Origin: Eledone cirrhosa
Lineage: Eukaryota
Assembly (NCBI GenBank): GCA_964016885.1
Contig: OZ024755.1
Location: 13,082,001 to 13,146,000 of the forward strand
Direction: 5' to 3'
DNA length: 64,000 bases
The notes below the pieces were generated by a model. It had not been told where the DNA came from, ran no database searches, and saw nothing but the letters and a program-made list of their open reading frames with translations. This document shows positions 41,820-54,800 of the stretch, piece after piece. Both the position numbers and the translations under genes were made by a program. Positions within the stretch are counted from its first letter, which is position 1. The number at the start of each line of letters is the position of its first letter.

Positions 41820-42735
41820 ACTAGCAGAATGACCCGACGTTACTCGGGATTCTAAACATAGACTGGCATGTTTATCCCTCCTTTCTGAAACAGTTTCGCC
41901 GTATGTCCACCAATTGATGCAGACATCCTAATAAAAAGTGAAGTCGCCTTGGGTGAATAGGCAAATAATTTTCCATTAAGATTTTTCAAAAGCATGTAAT
42001 TGTGTTCCCTCTCTTTTTTTTGTTGTTGTTTTTGCTGCTGTTGGTGTGATAGCGGCCGTTGGTCGTACTACTAACACAGTCTCATCCTTCTTCAGCCAAT
42101 CGTGTATATCCCCGTCTGCCTCGTCAGCAATGAGAACAATATTTGCTCTAGGGTTCTTATATATTTGATATATATTTATCCTTATCGATCCTCGTGAAAT
42201 AAATACGTTTGTTTATATTTTGTTATTGTGTATGTAAAAATATCTGTACACGAATATATAATTATATCTATATATCTAAAACAGAGAATGTCTGTCTGTC
42301 CGACTCCCTAAAACTCGAGAACCACCCAACCGATTTTTTTCAAACTTTACACATGTAATATTTATTTTCAAATTTTCAGGTACCGCATTAGATAGCTATA
42401 ACGCCACACCCTTATAATATCTGTCTGCATTACGACATTATGACACTGTGTGTGTGTGTATATTGTGAAACTAAAAAATCAATCTGTGAACGCAGGAGTA
42501 AATATTTCGAAAAATGTTACACACTATATATATATATATACACACACACTATATTTACATATATACACACACAGATAACGTCATAATGGGTATTGAAAAT
42601 TTGAAATTTTTTTTGCTCAAAACACTCATACGACCATAAGTATTGCATGTGTAAAGTTTGAAAACAATCGGTTGGGTGGTTCTCGAGTTTTAGGGAGTCG
42701 GACAGGCAGACATTCTCTGTTTTAGATATATAGAT
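41820..42735. mobile_element. Helentron/HINE-like non-autonomous element with an inverted duplicate of one end
   Basis: Starts ACTAGC with a short GC-rich hairpin (cccga-cgttac-tcggg) and ends TTTTAGATATATAGAT. 42266-42360 is the reverse complement of 42641-42735. Confidence 0.55.
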
Positions 42736-43560
42736 TATGAAATATTTTACATGACAGAATACGAAGCAGGTGTAAAATAATGATGACGAGTAGTAGTAGG
42801 TAGTGATTAAAAATTAAAAAACACAAACATAACACAAACACTTGGTAAATTTGTCAGCAAAATCATTTTTTTTTATTTTTATTTTTTAATTTTATTTCAT
42901 TAAAAATAAAAATTCAAAAGTTAACTGAAGTCATCATTTTCAAATTACTAGGGAGCATTTATGTTTATAAGAGCAATAATAATAATAGTAGTAGTCGTAA
43001 TAATAAATAACTGAATGAAAGAACCATGAAAAAAGAAAAAAAAACAAAAAACAAATGTGCCCCAAAAAAACAATTGAAGGCAAAAATAAAAATTAATTAA
43101 AACATTTGATATGGTTAAATACTATTGTAAAACTACTGACATAGTTGTTGATGGTGATGATGATGATGTAGCAGGTGATGCTGCTGCAACCCAAGACATG
43201 AAGAGTTAAAAACTTACTCAGTTAACCCTATAAGTACCAACATTAATGCCATATCATTATAGAAATATGACCATAAAAGGATTAAACACCAGCCTGGCTG
43301 AAACTCCCTCTGTTAAAATGTTCAAATTTTCAATTTAAACATTGGTCTTAAATGTCAGATATAGGTAGTAGATTCGGTAGAGCACTGAACAACATGCTTT
43401 GTTGTGGCATATAGTTATGGTCTTTTACGTTCTGAGTTCAGATCCCGCTGAAGTTAGCTTTGCTTTCCATCCTTACAGGGTCGGTAAAGTAAAGTACCAG
43501 TAACACACTGGAGTCGATTCAATCAACTTTCCCCTCCCCAAAGATTGTTAGCCTTTTGCC

Positions 43561-43758
43561 TATGAAGGGCGACTGAAAAGTTTATAAGCTGACCAAGATA
43601 CTCTCATGGAATGACCAAATGAGGTTTATTTTTTAACATAGTCCCTGGAACGAAGCAATGCAGTTATTGATAAGATTTGAAATTAATGTATACACGATTT
43701 CACTGCTCTAGCATCAATCCTTCATAGTCAATCTATGAACTTTTCAGCAGACCCTTGC
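43561..43758. mobile_element. mariner-type MITE (also about 61667-61862; partials near 32476 and 34447)
   Basis: TIR-like GAAGGG..CTGAAAAGTT..ATA..CTGAC / GTCA..CTATGAACTTTTCAGC; inserted into the tail of a SINE. Confidence 0.6.
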
Positions 43759-45558
43759 AAATCAGAAACCATTATTACACGACAGATAATATTAGATTCC
43801 AGTCATTAAATGTTGTTTGTCTTATTTAATTTGAAAGTTAGTTATTTCACTAAATCTCTTTTAATTAATTTGATTTCTTTCACATCATTTTTGTGTCAAC
43901 TTTTCCAAGCTTGCATGGGTTGGACAGGTAGAAAATGATGATAAAGTAATAAAGTTTCTGTATATACTCGAATATAGGCTGACCGTACTATTTTATGTCT
44001 GAGAAATGGGTTAAAATCCAAACCTTTCGAATATAAGCTGACTACTATTTTATGTTTAAGAAATGGGTAAAAATCTAAACATTGCCATTGGTTACTAAGA
44101 TCAAAGAGGAAATAATAACAAAATGGTTAAATCCACAAAGACACTTAAAAGAAGCTAGCTGTGTAGTAATTTTGAAAATGTCTGACTAGACTCTTGGCAA
44201 GCATCCATAAAATCTTTATTACTTCCATTGTTGTGAAGGAGGCAAATAATAATAAACTAGAAATATATTTCCACATTGGCTAAATGATGAGATAGTAGTA
44301 GTAGTAGCAGCAGCAACACAATTGATATGACCTAAAATAACAATATCAGAGGTTAGAGTTGGTCAGCCACGATATATAGATATGGTTGTTCTCAGTCCTT
44401 CATATATCATTGCTTACTTCCTCCTGATAAATCATGACATGTTAGCAGCAACATATTTGATATTGGCTTCCAAAAAAAAAAAAATTATCAGAGATTGCAC
44501 AGTTAGTTAGATATGAATCATAGATATCATTGCTTAATCCAGCAGTTCCCAACCTGGGGCTCTGCAAAAAGAAAGTACTAGGGGTATGTGAGCTAAGTTG
44601 AAAATTTCAAGTACTTTATTAAAAACATTGTATGCACACAGTATTGAGTATCCATTCTTCTCTAAGTAATATTTCTCTCTTTTTATTGTTATTCTTACTG
44701 TATAACAATTCAAGAGGGGAGTAATTCTTGTGGGAAGAGGGGGTAGATGGGAAAATTCATTTAAATTAAAAAAACGAGGGGGGGAGGGTCCTTAGTAGGA
44801 AAATGGTTGGGAACTACTGTTTTAATCCTCCCCCACACCCTCAATTAATTAAAACAAGACATTTTGTGATAATTAATTGTAACAATAAAAAAATATATAA
44901 AATAGCTTTCTTCTTCCATTATACTTTCATGGCAAAGGTTAATGGAAAAAACTGATTAATTAGCTTCTGAAGAACAATCTGGAATAATTTGGAACATTCT
45001 GTGTACAAATAAAGTTGAGTATTAAGTAGTGGAGTGTACTGTAGTGTGGTGTGGTAAGGTATAGTTTGGTGCATTGTATTGTAATATAGTATAGTATAGT
45101 GTAGTGTAGTGTAGTGTGGTGCGGTGTAGTAAGATGTGGTGTAGTCTGGTCAGTGTAATGTAGTATAGTGTACTATGCAGTGATTGTAGTATAGTATAGA
45201 GTAGTATTGTAATGTAGTATAGAGTAGCATTGTAGGGTAGGTGAGCAGAGATACAGACAATCGAGAAAAATGGAGTAACTTATCATATAGCCAGCCAGGC
45301 TAACCCTGGTTTTAGCAAGGAAAATGGTCTTAAAATGCTTGTAATGTAGTGTGTGCATCAATGTATGTCAGTGTCAGTATGCATGTGTGTATGTGTCGGC
45401 GTCAGTGAGGTTCAGTATGCATGTGAGTGTGTGTATGTGTCAGTGTGCGTGTCAGATTCAGTGTGCGTGTGTCCGTATGTGATGATCAAAAGGTGCAGTT
45501 AGGTTCTAAGAGACACTGCATAGCTGTGCTCATGGGCAAGTTATATTTAGTGCAGAGC

Positions 45559-45836
45559 TTACTCCACACTAACCTTCCAGTCTTTGTTAGCAAACACCAT
45601 GGCAAAATAGAATTTGTCACTTGGTCTACAGTAGTTCTCATCCACTTCATTGAGTGTATGTAGGTAAGGTTCAGTGTGTGGTACATTCCAGTCAAAGGTG
45701 ACTTCCTTCTCCTCCACTTGTATAGTTACACGTACCTTGCCACTGGACAGGATCTCAGTGTCAAAAGTTACAAATGAACTCTTACCCCAATATGGGAGCT
45801 TATTTTTCATCTCTTGGCCATCTACGTACACTTCTC
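45559..45836 (-). CDS. CRLF3: CRLF3 last coding exon
   Basis: GEVYVDGQEMKNKLP...VTFD...KVRVTIQVEEKEVTFDW...FYFAMVFANKDWKVSVE*. Spliced CDS is 1344 nt, 447 aa. Confidence 0.93.
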
Positions 45837-46367
45837 CTGCAAGATAAATAAAAGTATATGAAATAAAAGTAAAAATTTTTTCAAAATTGTAAATATGTTT
45901 GCCAAATGTGAAATTATTAACCCTTTTTGATACTTTTAAGCACTGAGAATATATATATATATATATATAGGATGTCCCAAAAAATGTATACATATTTTAA
46001 TTACAATGCTGTTGAAGTGTGTATACATTTTGGGGGGACACCCTGTATATATATATATGTGTGTGTGTGTGTGTAAAGGATGATGTGCTCAAGCGCAGAG
46101 ATGCTATGAAATAGAGTGAAGACCATTAAATGACGAAAAAAGAGCAGCCGATGGCAACTTTTTCCATCTTTTAAGGGTTTCCACTATTTTATAAGCTATT
46201 TTATAGTATCTCAGCATTGAGCACATCATAATTAATACTTATATATACTTGTGTTGTTGTTGTACACACTATGTCTAGAAAGATTGGATGGTCACAGCTA
46301 GAGTATTTTTGATCATAAGTTTGCTTGATTAAGACTGACTCAGAACAAAACCACTAGATGAACTTAC

Positions 46368-46610
46368 CATCAACTGTAACATAAGCTGCACCAGGTCTTC
46401 TTAATGTATTACAGGAAGATAGATTGAGAGACAAACCAACTCCATCTCCAGGACAGGAATCACCAGCATCTAACACTCGAAAAGTAATTGATTGACAAGC
46501 TGTATACAAACATCCACAGGAGTAAAGCACAACGGAATCACCATCACAGCATTTTGTAGCTGTCTGGTTCTCATTACTTGTCATATAAGCAACATTTTCA
46601 TCATCCCACT
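46368..46610 (-). CDS. CRLF3: CRLF3 coding exon 6 (SPRY-like region)
   Basis: EWDDENVAYMTSNENQTATK...VLYS...CQSITFRVLDAG...LRRPGAAYVTVDG; AG/GT boundaries. Confidence 0.92.
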
Positions 46611-46863
46611 CTAAAAAATAGAAGAAAACAGAAGATATTGTAGGACATATAGTATATTTGGCACATCTTGTGTGTGTATGTTCGTATGCATTCGTGTGTA
46701 TATTCGTGCGTGTGTGTCAATGCGCCAATATTTAATTTGTTTCACCCAAGGGAGACAAATAGAGATAAACTACATGCGATAAAGATATGTACTACAAAGA
46801 ACCTATTCTATAAAAGCGTTTACAGAAGAAGAGACGAAAATATGGGAGATAACTATAACTTAC

Positions 46864-47107
46864 CGTAATGAGGCAAAGTTGTGAAAGCTACAGTTGGTAC
46901 ACTCCATACACTCCAGGCTGTGTCAGTGTCAGCACGGCATCGTGTTCGGAACGAATAAGGATGGTTAGTTTGTAAGTGTTTCACTAAATATAAGGAGTTG
47001 CTGCCCAAATATGCATTATGGAATGGAACACAAGTATCTTCATTTGATTTGATCACACCTGAGGTATACTGAAGACAAAACTCTGTAGCATCAAAATCTT
47101 CTTCAGT
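46864..47107 (-). CDS. CRLF3: CRLF3 coding exon 5 (FN3 domain with WSxWS)
   Basis: TEEDFDATEFCLQY...YSFRTRCRADTDTAWSVWSVP; WSXWS motif present. Confidence 0.94.
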
Positions 47108-47634
47108 CTGAAAGATAAACAACATTTATTTAAACTACAGCACGACAATAGACAAACCTAGGAATATATATGTATGTGTATGGGGTTGCAGAAGCAGTGA
47201 TAATATGTAAACAATTCTATTGTTACTAAACCATCAGGAGTTCACGCCATGCATTGAACTCATCACAGGAGGCAATGGTGACACAAAAACATACAACTTC
47301 TAATACATACGTTATGGAGATGACAACACAAGAAGACTTTCATAATATATGTCTGGCCCTTGTAGAACTAATACAACCCTAGCTTTAACTCTCACACATA
47401 TCAAGTTATAGCATAACTGTAATGAGGTACCCCCCCCCCCTCACACACACACACACTTGCAATATAGAGTACATACAACCTTAGCTCTAACTCTAACATA
47501 CATCAGGTTATAACATAGCTGTGATGGAGTACCACTACTTGCAATATTGAATTCATACAATTTATGGACAATATACACTCAAATTTCCATAAAGTTATTC
47601 ATTAAAAAACTAGTCCTGGACTTTGATGATTTAA

Positions 47635-47676
<42 letters not shown>

Positions 47677-48476
47677 ATATATACATATATATACCATGGG
47701 CCCTTAACTCTGACCAGATTAAGCCAAAGTTGAGGTAGATGGGCCAGTTGGCATGGACCCTACTATTTTGAAGGGACTTACCTTCCTTAAGTTTTAATTC
47801 TTTTATTCTGTTCCATTATTTGTAAGTATATCACATACACTACCTGTATATTTAGCACTGATTACTAAAATACTTCATGAGCTGTATGAAATGGGACCAA
47901 CATCTTGCAGCTAATCTTGGTCTATTCCCTACATTTGGGGGCCTACATTTTACATTTGGCCTGGGCCTATTTCTTTCTTTAATGGGCTTACATTTTTCAT
48001 CTAGCTTGTGTTTTATAGCCATTTTTCTTTGATGCACATTTCAGATCTGGACCTGGCCTATAACCATTTTTTTTTGGGGGGGGGGTTTAGCTATATCTCA
48101 CATCTGGTTTGGGCCTATTACCTACTTTTTTTGTAGGTAGGGGGAGCTACATTTTACATCTGATCTGCACCTCCAATTAATTGTATGGGTAAAATTTCAC
48201 ACCTGGTTAGGAGTCATTATTAGCTTTGCATTGGCCTGAGTTTAACAAAGTTAGTGTTTTACTTTAGAAGCTGAGAGAATTATCAGAGGTAATTATAGCT
48301 TGGGGCTTCTCTAATGAAAGTTTATGAAGAGGCCTGCTCTCATCTATTGCAGGCTCACAATGGTTGACAACAAATATAATGCAGGGAGATTCTTCACTAA
48401 AGAGATCTGACCATGCTTATTGCAGACCCATTGATGCTTGACAGAACAAATATATAGCAGACAAACTCTTTGTTAA

Positions 48477-48682
48477 CCCTTTAGCATTTACATTACTCTA
48501 TATATACTGTTGTATTTTCATGGTAAAGGCTTTATCTCACATAATGTTAAATCTATGATTTTGATATTATTTATTTTGAGAACAATACCTCAACGTCAGT
48601 ATGAGTGGCTGGTTACAGCCAGTTTGAACAGAAAGAGGTGAGAGAATTCTGGCCAGATACGGCCAGTTTAAATGCTAAAGGG
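48477..48682 (-). mobile_element. piggyBac-type MITE
   Basis: TTAA|CCCTTTAGCATTT...AAATGCTAAAGGG|TTAA; same family as 56209. Confidence 0.8.
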
Positions 48683-49747
48683 TTAAGAAGGCTTGCTCCC
48701 ATCGCTGCAGGCTCATTGATGGCTGACTAGATCAATACAGAACAGATACAGAGATAATATTGTGTGAAGTTAAACTACTACTAAAAATCATCATCTTCAG
48801 TGGATACACAGAGGAAAAAACTACAACTGATTACAACATGCAACAATGTGAGGTGCAAAGGTTGACTGTTTCAGGTACTAAACTACTAGCCTAGAGGTTA
48901 TGAGTTCAAACCCTACCTGAGGCATTAGGAAGAGCAGCCAGAAGTGAAACACCTACTCTAGAACCGGTTTCAACCGGTCATGATTATTGTCTTTTCTCTC
49001 TGGACCATCAAATAAATAAAAGAATTTTTTTTTAGATAATTCAAATGACATATCTGCCAAGTCAATCAATGGGAATTTCTATAAATTCTAGTGAAGATCT
49101 GCACAGATTAGAGACGAGGTAAGGCTCATATAGATTACAAAGATGTTTAGGTCAACAATAGGTTTTCAAATTATATACTGTATATATTCATGTGTAAGTC
49201 ACACCTTTTTTCCATGAAAATACAACATAAAAAAACAGCATTTGACTTATCTATTGTACCTACAAAATGTTGATTCAAAGCATATGGTGCATTGTAAATG
49301 TTATATGTAAAATGGAGGTGCAACACATACATGAGTGAATATGTGAGCATGTATATATGTATATATATATATATATATACTGGACCTCCAAAACTACACT
49401 TCAAAATATGATGCATTGTAAGTGTTGTATGTAAAATCTAGAGTGATTTATACATGATACATGAGTATAATTGTAATATGAAATCTTTAAATATTTCTAT
49501 TTTCTAATTATAAATAATAATTAAGTTTTAATTGCGTAATTTAATATTATAATATATTCACATGCAATTATTATTATTTCATGTTTAACAGCCAGATGTC
49601 ATTCCTGGCACTAACCCTTTTAGTCACCTCTACCAACATACTCTAACGAATCTGCTAATCCACCACCGAATTAAGTTTAAATTTAAGACCGAAAACCAAA
49701 ACAATTTTTTTTTTTAAAAAGAGAGGAGAAGAGGAAAAACAACTTAC

Positions 49748-49925
49748 CTCGCTCCATTTAACTAAAAGAGCTCCAGGTCGTTCAACAACATCTGCAATCT
49801 GTACTGGAGCTTTGGAGATCACTTTCATTTCTTTTGACACATAATCTAGTATTTTATCTTTGTTTGACCCAGCTAAGTCTACTGATATACAGGCAACCTC
49901 TGACAGACTTGGGATAGCTGGAACA
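49748..49925 (-). CDS. CRLF3: CRLF3 coding exon 4
   Basis: VPAIPSLSEVACISVDL...SKAPVQIADVVERPGALLVKWSE, like CRLF3 SRPPVQIEELIEKPGGIIVRWCK; donor gtaagt. Confidence 0.92.
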
Positions 49926-50187
49926 CTGTGTGAAAGAAGAAACGTGGATTGTTAAGTAGCAGAGTTAAGAGCAGGGATCCCAAAACGTTTTGTATGTGTT
50001 TTTTGCTGAGAAATAATCATTGAAAAAGAAGTTACTAATTAACAAAATAATTACAATTATTCAATTCTGATCCCTCCTTACATCTACTTTTTCTATTATA
50101 AATAAAACATTAATAATGTTTATTATTGTTTTATGACAACAATCTTATAATGTTGATTTCTGTTTTATAGTAGGGCAAGCTGAGTAA

Positions 50188-50378
50188 TAATTGTTTCTAA
50201 TTTAGGCACAAGGCCAGCAATTACCCAGTACATTACTGGTACTTTATTTTATCGACCCCGTAAGGATGAAAGGCAAAGTTAACCTCGGCGGGATTTGAAC
50301 TCAGATCATAAAGGGACGTAACTCTATGCCTCAAAGCATGGTGTCCGACTCTCTACCGATACTGCCAATCCACCGCCC
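50188..50378 (-). mobile_element. tRNA-derived SINE family A (other copies about 11364-11580+, 19870-20070+, 24808-25000-, 35985-36175-, 36480-36662+, 43365-43560+, 54163-54353-, 55665-55800+, 55813-55998+)
   Basis: A-box-like TGGCAGTATCGGTAGAG, B-box GAGTTCAAATCCC, core GCCTTTCATCCTTACGGGGTCGATAAAATAAAGTACCAG, tail AGAAACAATTATT. Confidence 0.88.
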
Positions 50379-50535
50379 GATTGGCAAGCTGAGTAATAAT
50401 GTTGGTTATTATTCCACATTACTGCAGGCTAACTAATAATGTTGGTTATTGTTTCACATTACAGCAGACTTGATAATAATGACTGTTTTATAATAGAGTA
50501 AGTGTATCAATCAATCAAAAACAGAACTACTTTAC

Positions 50536-50620
50536 CTGTTTAGATTCAAAGAATCAGAATTTTTACGGAAAGTTGACACCTTCTCTCCATCCACAGCACT
50601 ACTATCTAGAATTAACTTTC
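50536..50620 (-). CDS. CRLF3: CRLF3 coding exon 3
   Basis: (G)KLILDSSAVDGEKVSTFRKNSDSLNLN(S); phases consistent with both neighbours. Confidence 0.85.
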
Positions 50621-51119
50621 CTGGAAAGAAAGAAGAAAATATTAACAATAACAACAACACAACACCAACAACAACATAATACCAACAACCACAACACCAT
50701 CATGTGAGACTGAAAAAGTTGTTATTCCAAAAATGTTAAACATTTTATCAGAAGAAAAATGGAATGAGATGGTTGGGTCATATGTTGAGGAGGGATGAAA
50801 GGAATAGTCAGTGATGAATATTGTGAAGAGAAATAGACTGAGATGGCTGGGTTATATGTTAAAAAAGGATAAGAGTGATGGAAATGAATTTGGAAATAGA
50901 AGAAAGGGAAGAGCAAAAAAAAAAGAAAATGGCTAAGATTGGCAGAGGAGGAAATGAAAGCCAAGGAGTTGATGAGGAGAAATGCAGGGGAAAAGCTTGT
51001 CATAGACCTGCAAGGTTAACTCCTGTTTTAGCAGGGAAAATGACCTTATAATGTTTGTTGTTGTTTAGCCATGTCATACCAAATATCTTGAGTAAATTAA
51101 CAAAAAATTTTAATCTTAC

Positions 51120-51327
51120 CTTCTTCAATAATACGGTTTACTTTACTAATTCCTTGATTAATGAGATCTTTACATTCGTCAAGAGGGGGCAGAGCTGTTT
51201 GTTCAATTTTATCCATCTGACACAGTAATTCTGACAATCTGTTGTCCAAAGCAGCATTTAGTTCAGTTTTCAATGTTTCAAAGTGTTTTGTAAGCTGGTT
51301 GCGAGATTTAGCACCACTGGAGGTAAT
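51120..51327 (-). CDS. CRLF3: CRLF3 coding exon 2
   Basis: ITSSGAKSRNQLTKHFETLKTELNAALDNRLSELLCQMDKIEQTALPPLDECKDLINQG..., like CRLF3 LKQHFNDLK...LDERL...PLDDCQKLI. AG/GT boundaries. Confidence 0.92.
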
Positions 51328-52422
51328 CTAGAGGTAGAAAAACATAAAAGGAAAAAAGATTTTAAATAATTGTTTCCAACAAAGCCCATAAATTTTGTGA
51401 GGAGGGAAAAGTCGGTTAAACAAAAATGGTTTAAAGGACTGAAGCTACCAGAGTTCCCCCACCAAAAAGAATGGCAATCTATCGCAGAGTTAATATCGCT
51501 GCTGCTACTGGTATTTTATTTTCAGCTGAAATATGAAATGAAGTGTCTTGCTCAAAGAAACAACACACTGACTGATCCAGGAATCAAATCTATGACCTTA
51601 CAATCATTAGCCCAACATTCTAACCACTAGGTTGTGTGTGTGTGTGTGTGCCTCTTCACATTTTATCCTTCTATGGTCCTTAAAATAAACTACCAGTCAA
51701 GAGCTGGAGTCAATTAAATATCCCATGCTCAGAATCTGTGTATGCTTGCATCAGAACAAGGTGACTTCTCTAGGGTTAATGCTACTATAAGAAACACCCA
51801 GTACACTTTGTAAAGTGGGTGGCATTCAAATGGCAACAACATAGGGTAAGGAGTACTCTTCATCTATGCCAAAGACATACCACCATCTCTAGAGCTGGTG
51901 TCATGATAAAATGCACCCAGAAACTCTGCAAAGTGTGTGGGAGGGGGGGGGTGTTAGGAAGGGCTTCCAGTCATAGAAACTATGCCAAAAAAGATAGAGA
52001 GGCATTTTCAGTTGTGTCAAGAGACAAGATAAGATCTTCAGTTATGGTACTATGAACATATACACACAGCATACTGTAAAGTAATTTTTATTTTAACAGT
52101 AATAGCATGAAGTAGAGAGAGAGCTTTTTAGTTGAGTCAAGTACATGAAAACATCTCTCATACTGGTGTTATGATAAAATGCATCCACCACAATCTGTAA
52201 AGTGGTTGAGGTAGAGAAACCATCATGCAAGAACAGAACAAATCTGGAGTACAATAGCTCTGATTAAAATACTGACTTGTTCTCTGTACCAACCTATCCA
52301 ACCCGCTCCTGTATGGAAAAATAGATGTATGATTATGATGATGGTGATGTTGATATTCCTAAATTAGAAATCACTAATATTTGGATGGGAGACAGAGAAG
52401 TGACAATTATGTCTGAACATAC

Positions 52423-52530
52423 CTGATCTTTGGCTTCCTGTAGAGCAATTAACAGACCATGTAACTCTGTCTGTTGTTGCTTTGCAAAGTCTATGATCTC
52501 TTCAACATTTTGTTGCAGTTCCAGAGACAT
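52423..52530 (-). CDS. CRLF3: Cytokine receptor-like factor 3, coding exon 1
   Basis: MSLELQQNVEEIIDFAKQQQTELHGLLIALQEAKDQ|gtatgt; coiled-coil N-terminus as in CRLF3. Confidence 0.88.
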
Positions 52531-53464
52531 GGTGACGTTATTCTGCTTGAAAGATCAACTGAAATCTACAAAAGATAATAATTTCTGATTTAGGCACAAG
52601 GCCGACAATTTGGGGGAGGGGAAAGTTGATTAAATTTTCCCCAGTGAATTACTGGTACTTGAATTTATCGACCCCAGTTTGTGTATGTATAATAAAGATA
52701 CTTTTAGACTCACTGTGAGTATTTTAAGCTATAATCAATGTTACAGCCAGCTCAACATCAGAGTAAAAGTGATAGTTACATGTATTTTACTGTTGTTACT
52801 GTCCATCAACACTCATTCATTTATACCCAAATACTGATGGTGGTGGTGGTGGTCTTAATAGTGATGATAGTGATTTTTTAATCACTATTATCGATTGACA
52901 AAAGCCCAGACCTTACTCGCTTACCCATTGAGGTGAAGCTCATCAAATGAGATCAAGGAAACACTGTTTCCATTGGTCTTTCCATTGCTGATATTATCTT
53001 TTACTCACAACTCCTAGCAGAAGGAGCAATGTGAAATAAAGTGTCTTGCTCAAGGACATAACGCAGTGTCCAGTCCAGGAATTGAACTTGCAACCTCACT
53101 ATTGCAAATCCAATTCTATAACCACTAGGCCATGTGCCTTGTAATAATGGGTAAAGTGATGGACTTTAGCTACAATGACATAGCTAAATAAATGGCAGAT
53201 CAACTTGACATATAGATAGCTGACTGTTAAGTCTGATTCAGCTAGTTTTTATCTCACCCTTACCTGGTATCAATGACATAACAACAAATTACAATTATAT
53301 CAGGTGTGTTGGTCTAATTTTGTCCTTGTGACAAATCTATTATCACTATTCACCATTCAACAAGCATGGAAGAATCAAAGCAGGTAAAAAACAAAAAAAT
53401 ATTTTCTGTTTTAACTTTGATTTAAGTTATTCAGTGAAGGTTTCTTAATTTCTTAGTCTCTCTC

Positions 53465-53800
53465 TTCTTCTTCGCTCACTTATTCCTGGGAGTGTCATGG
53501 TGGCAGAGCCCTCAGACACATTTTCCTGAAGGCTGCATCAGAAACAACCATATTCAAACAATCCGGCTGGACCTCCAAGCGAAACTAACCAAGTTTATGG
53601 ATGTTATCCAAATCTTGCTAGTGGTCTACCTCTAAGTCTCCTGCTGCTTGGCTTTGTCAGTAAATTCTGTCTTGCTATTATTTCCTTAGACATTCTAACC
53701 ACGTCACATATCCATAATATTGGAGCTGCAATATCTCGACATGGAGGAATAGTGGTTCTCCCTGATTTCTGAGCTACACACCCTAACAAATAATGTTACT
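53465..53800 (-). mobile_element. Decayed RTE LINE 3' fragment
   Basis: VVRMSKEIIARQNLLTKPSSRRLRGRPLAR resembles the RTE C-terminus; GAA-rich tail. Confidence 0.55.
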
Positions 53801-54384
53801 AAAGAAACCCTGTGTATGAAGTGTGCTGTTGCATGGTAGTGAAATAAGGGCATTTCGTGAATGCAGAGAGTATGCAAAGGTCAAAACAAAGTTAAGTGAA
53901 CAGGCTCCATTAGATGTATAATGTTAGTGTACATAAATGACAAGGTACAGATCAGCTAAGGGAAATAACTGGGTATACGAGGAGGAATCAGATGTAGTGT
54001 GTGGAAAAGGGAAGATTGTACTAATATAAACATGTAATACCTATATATGGATGATGATTGTTGGGTAAAGATGTGGCTGGGATGGGACCCAAAACTATAT
54101 GGTTGCCAAGTGAGCTTCTTAACCACACAGCTATACCCACAGCATCATAGATATAAACAAAATAATTGTTTCTACTTTTTGGCACAAGGCCAGCAATTAC
54201 CTAGTGCATTACTGGTACTCTATTTTATCGACCCCGTAAGGATGAAAGGCAAAGTTAACCTCGGCGAGATTTGAACTCAGATCATAAAGGGACGTAACTC
54301 TATGCTTCAAAGCATGGTGTCCGACTCTCTACTGATACTGCCAATCCACCGCCCTATATATAAACAAAATAACTGAGGGAACAT

Positions 54385-54800
54385 AGCTGTTATTGTTTAG
54401 CCCCAGGTTAATCCTGCTTGTCCTGTATTGTTGTAGATCAGTTATTATTGTTGTTATTGTTTAGCCCCAGAACATTCCTAACTATCCTGGTATTGTAGAT
54501 CACAGCTGTTGTTGTTGTTTAGCCCCAGGACATTCCTGACTATCCTGGTATCATTGTAGATCACAGCTGTTGTTGTTGTTTAGCCCCAGGACATTCCTGA
54601 CTATCCTGGTATCATTGTAGATCACAGCTGTTGTTGTTGTTTAGCCCCAGGACATTCCTGACTATCCTCGTATCATTGTAGATCATAGCTATTGTTGTTG
54701 TTGTTATTGTTGTTTAGCCCCAGGACTCTCCTGACTATCCTGGTATCATTGTAAATCAGCTATTGTTGTTTAGCCCCAGGACAGTCCTGACCATTCTGTA
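54385..54800. repeat. ~50-bp minisatellite
   Basis: Unit gttgtttagccccaggacattcctgactatcctggtatcattgtagatcacagctgtt. Confidence 0.88.
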
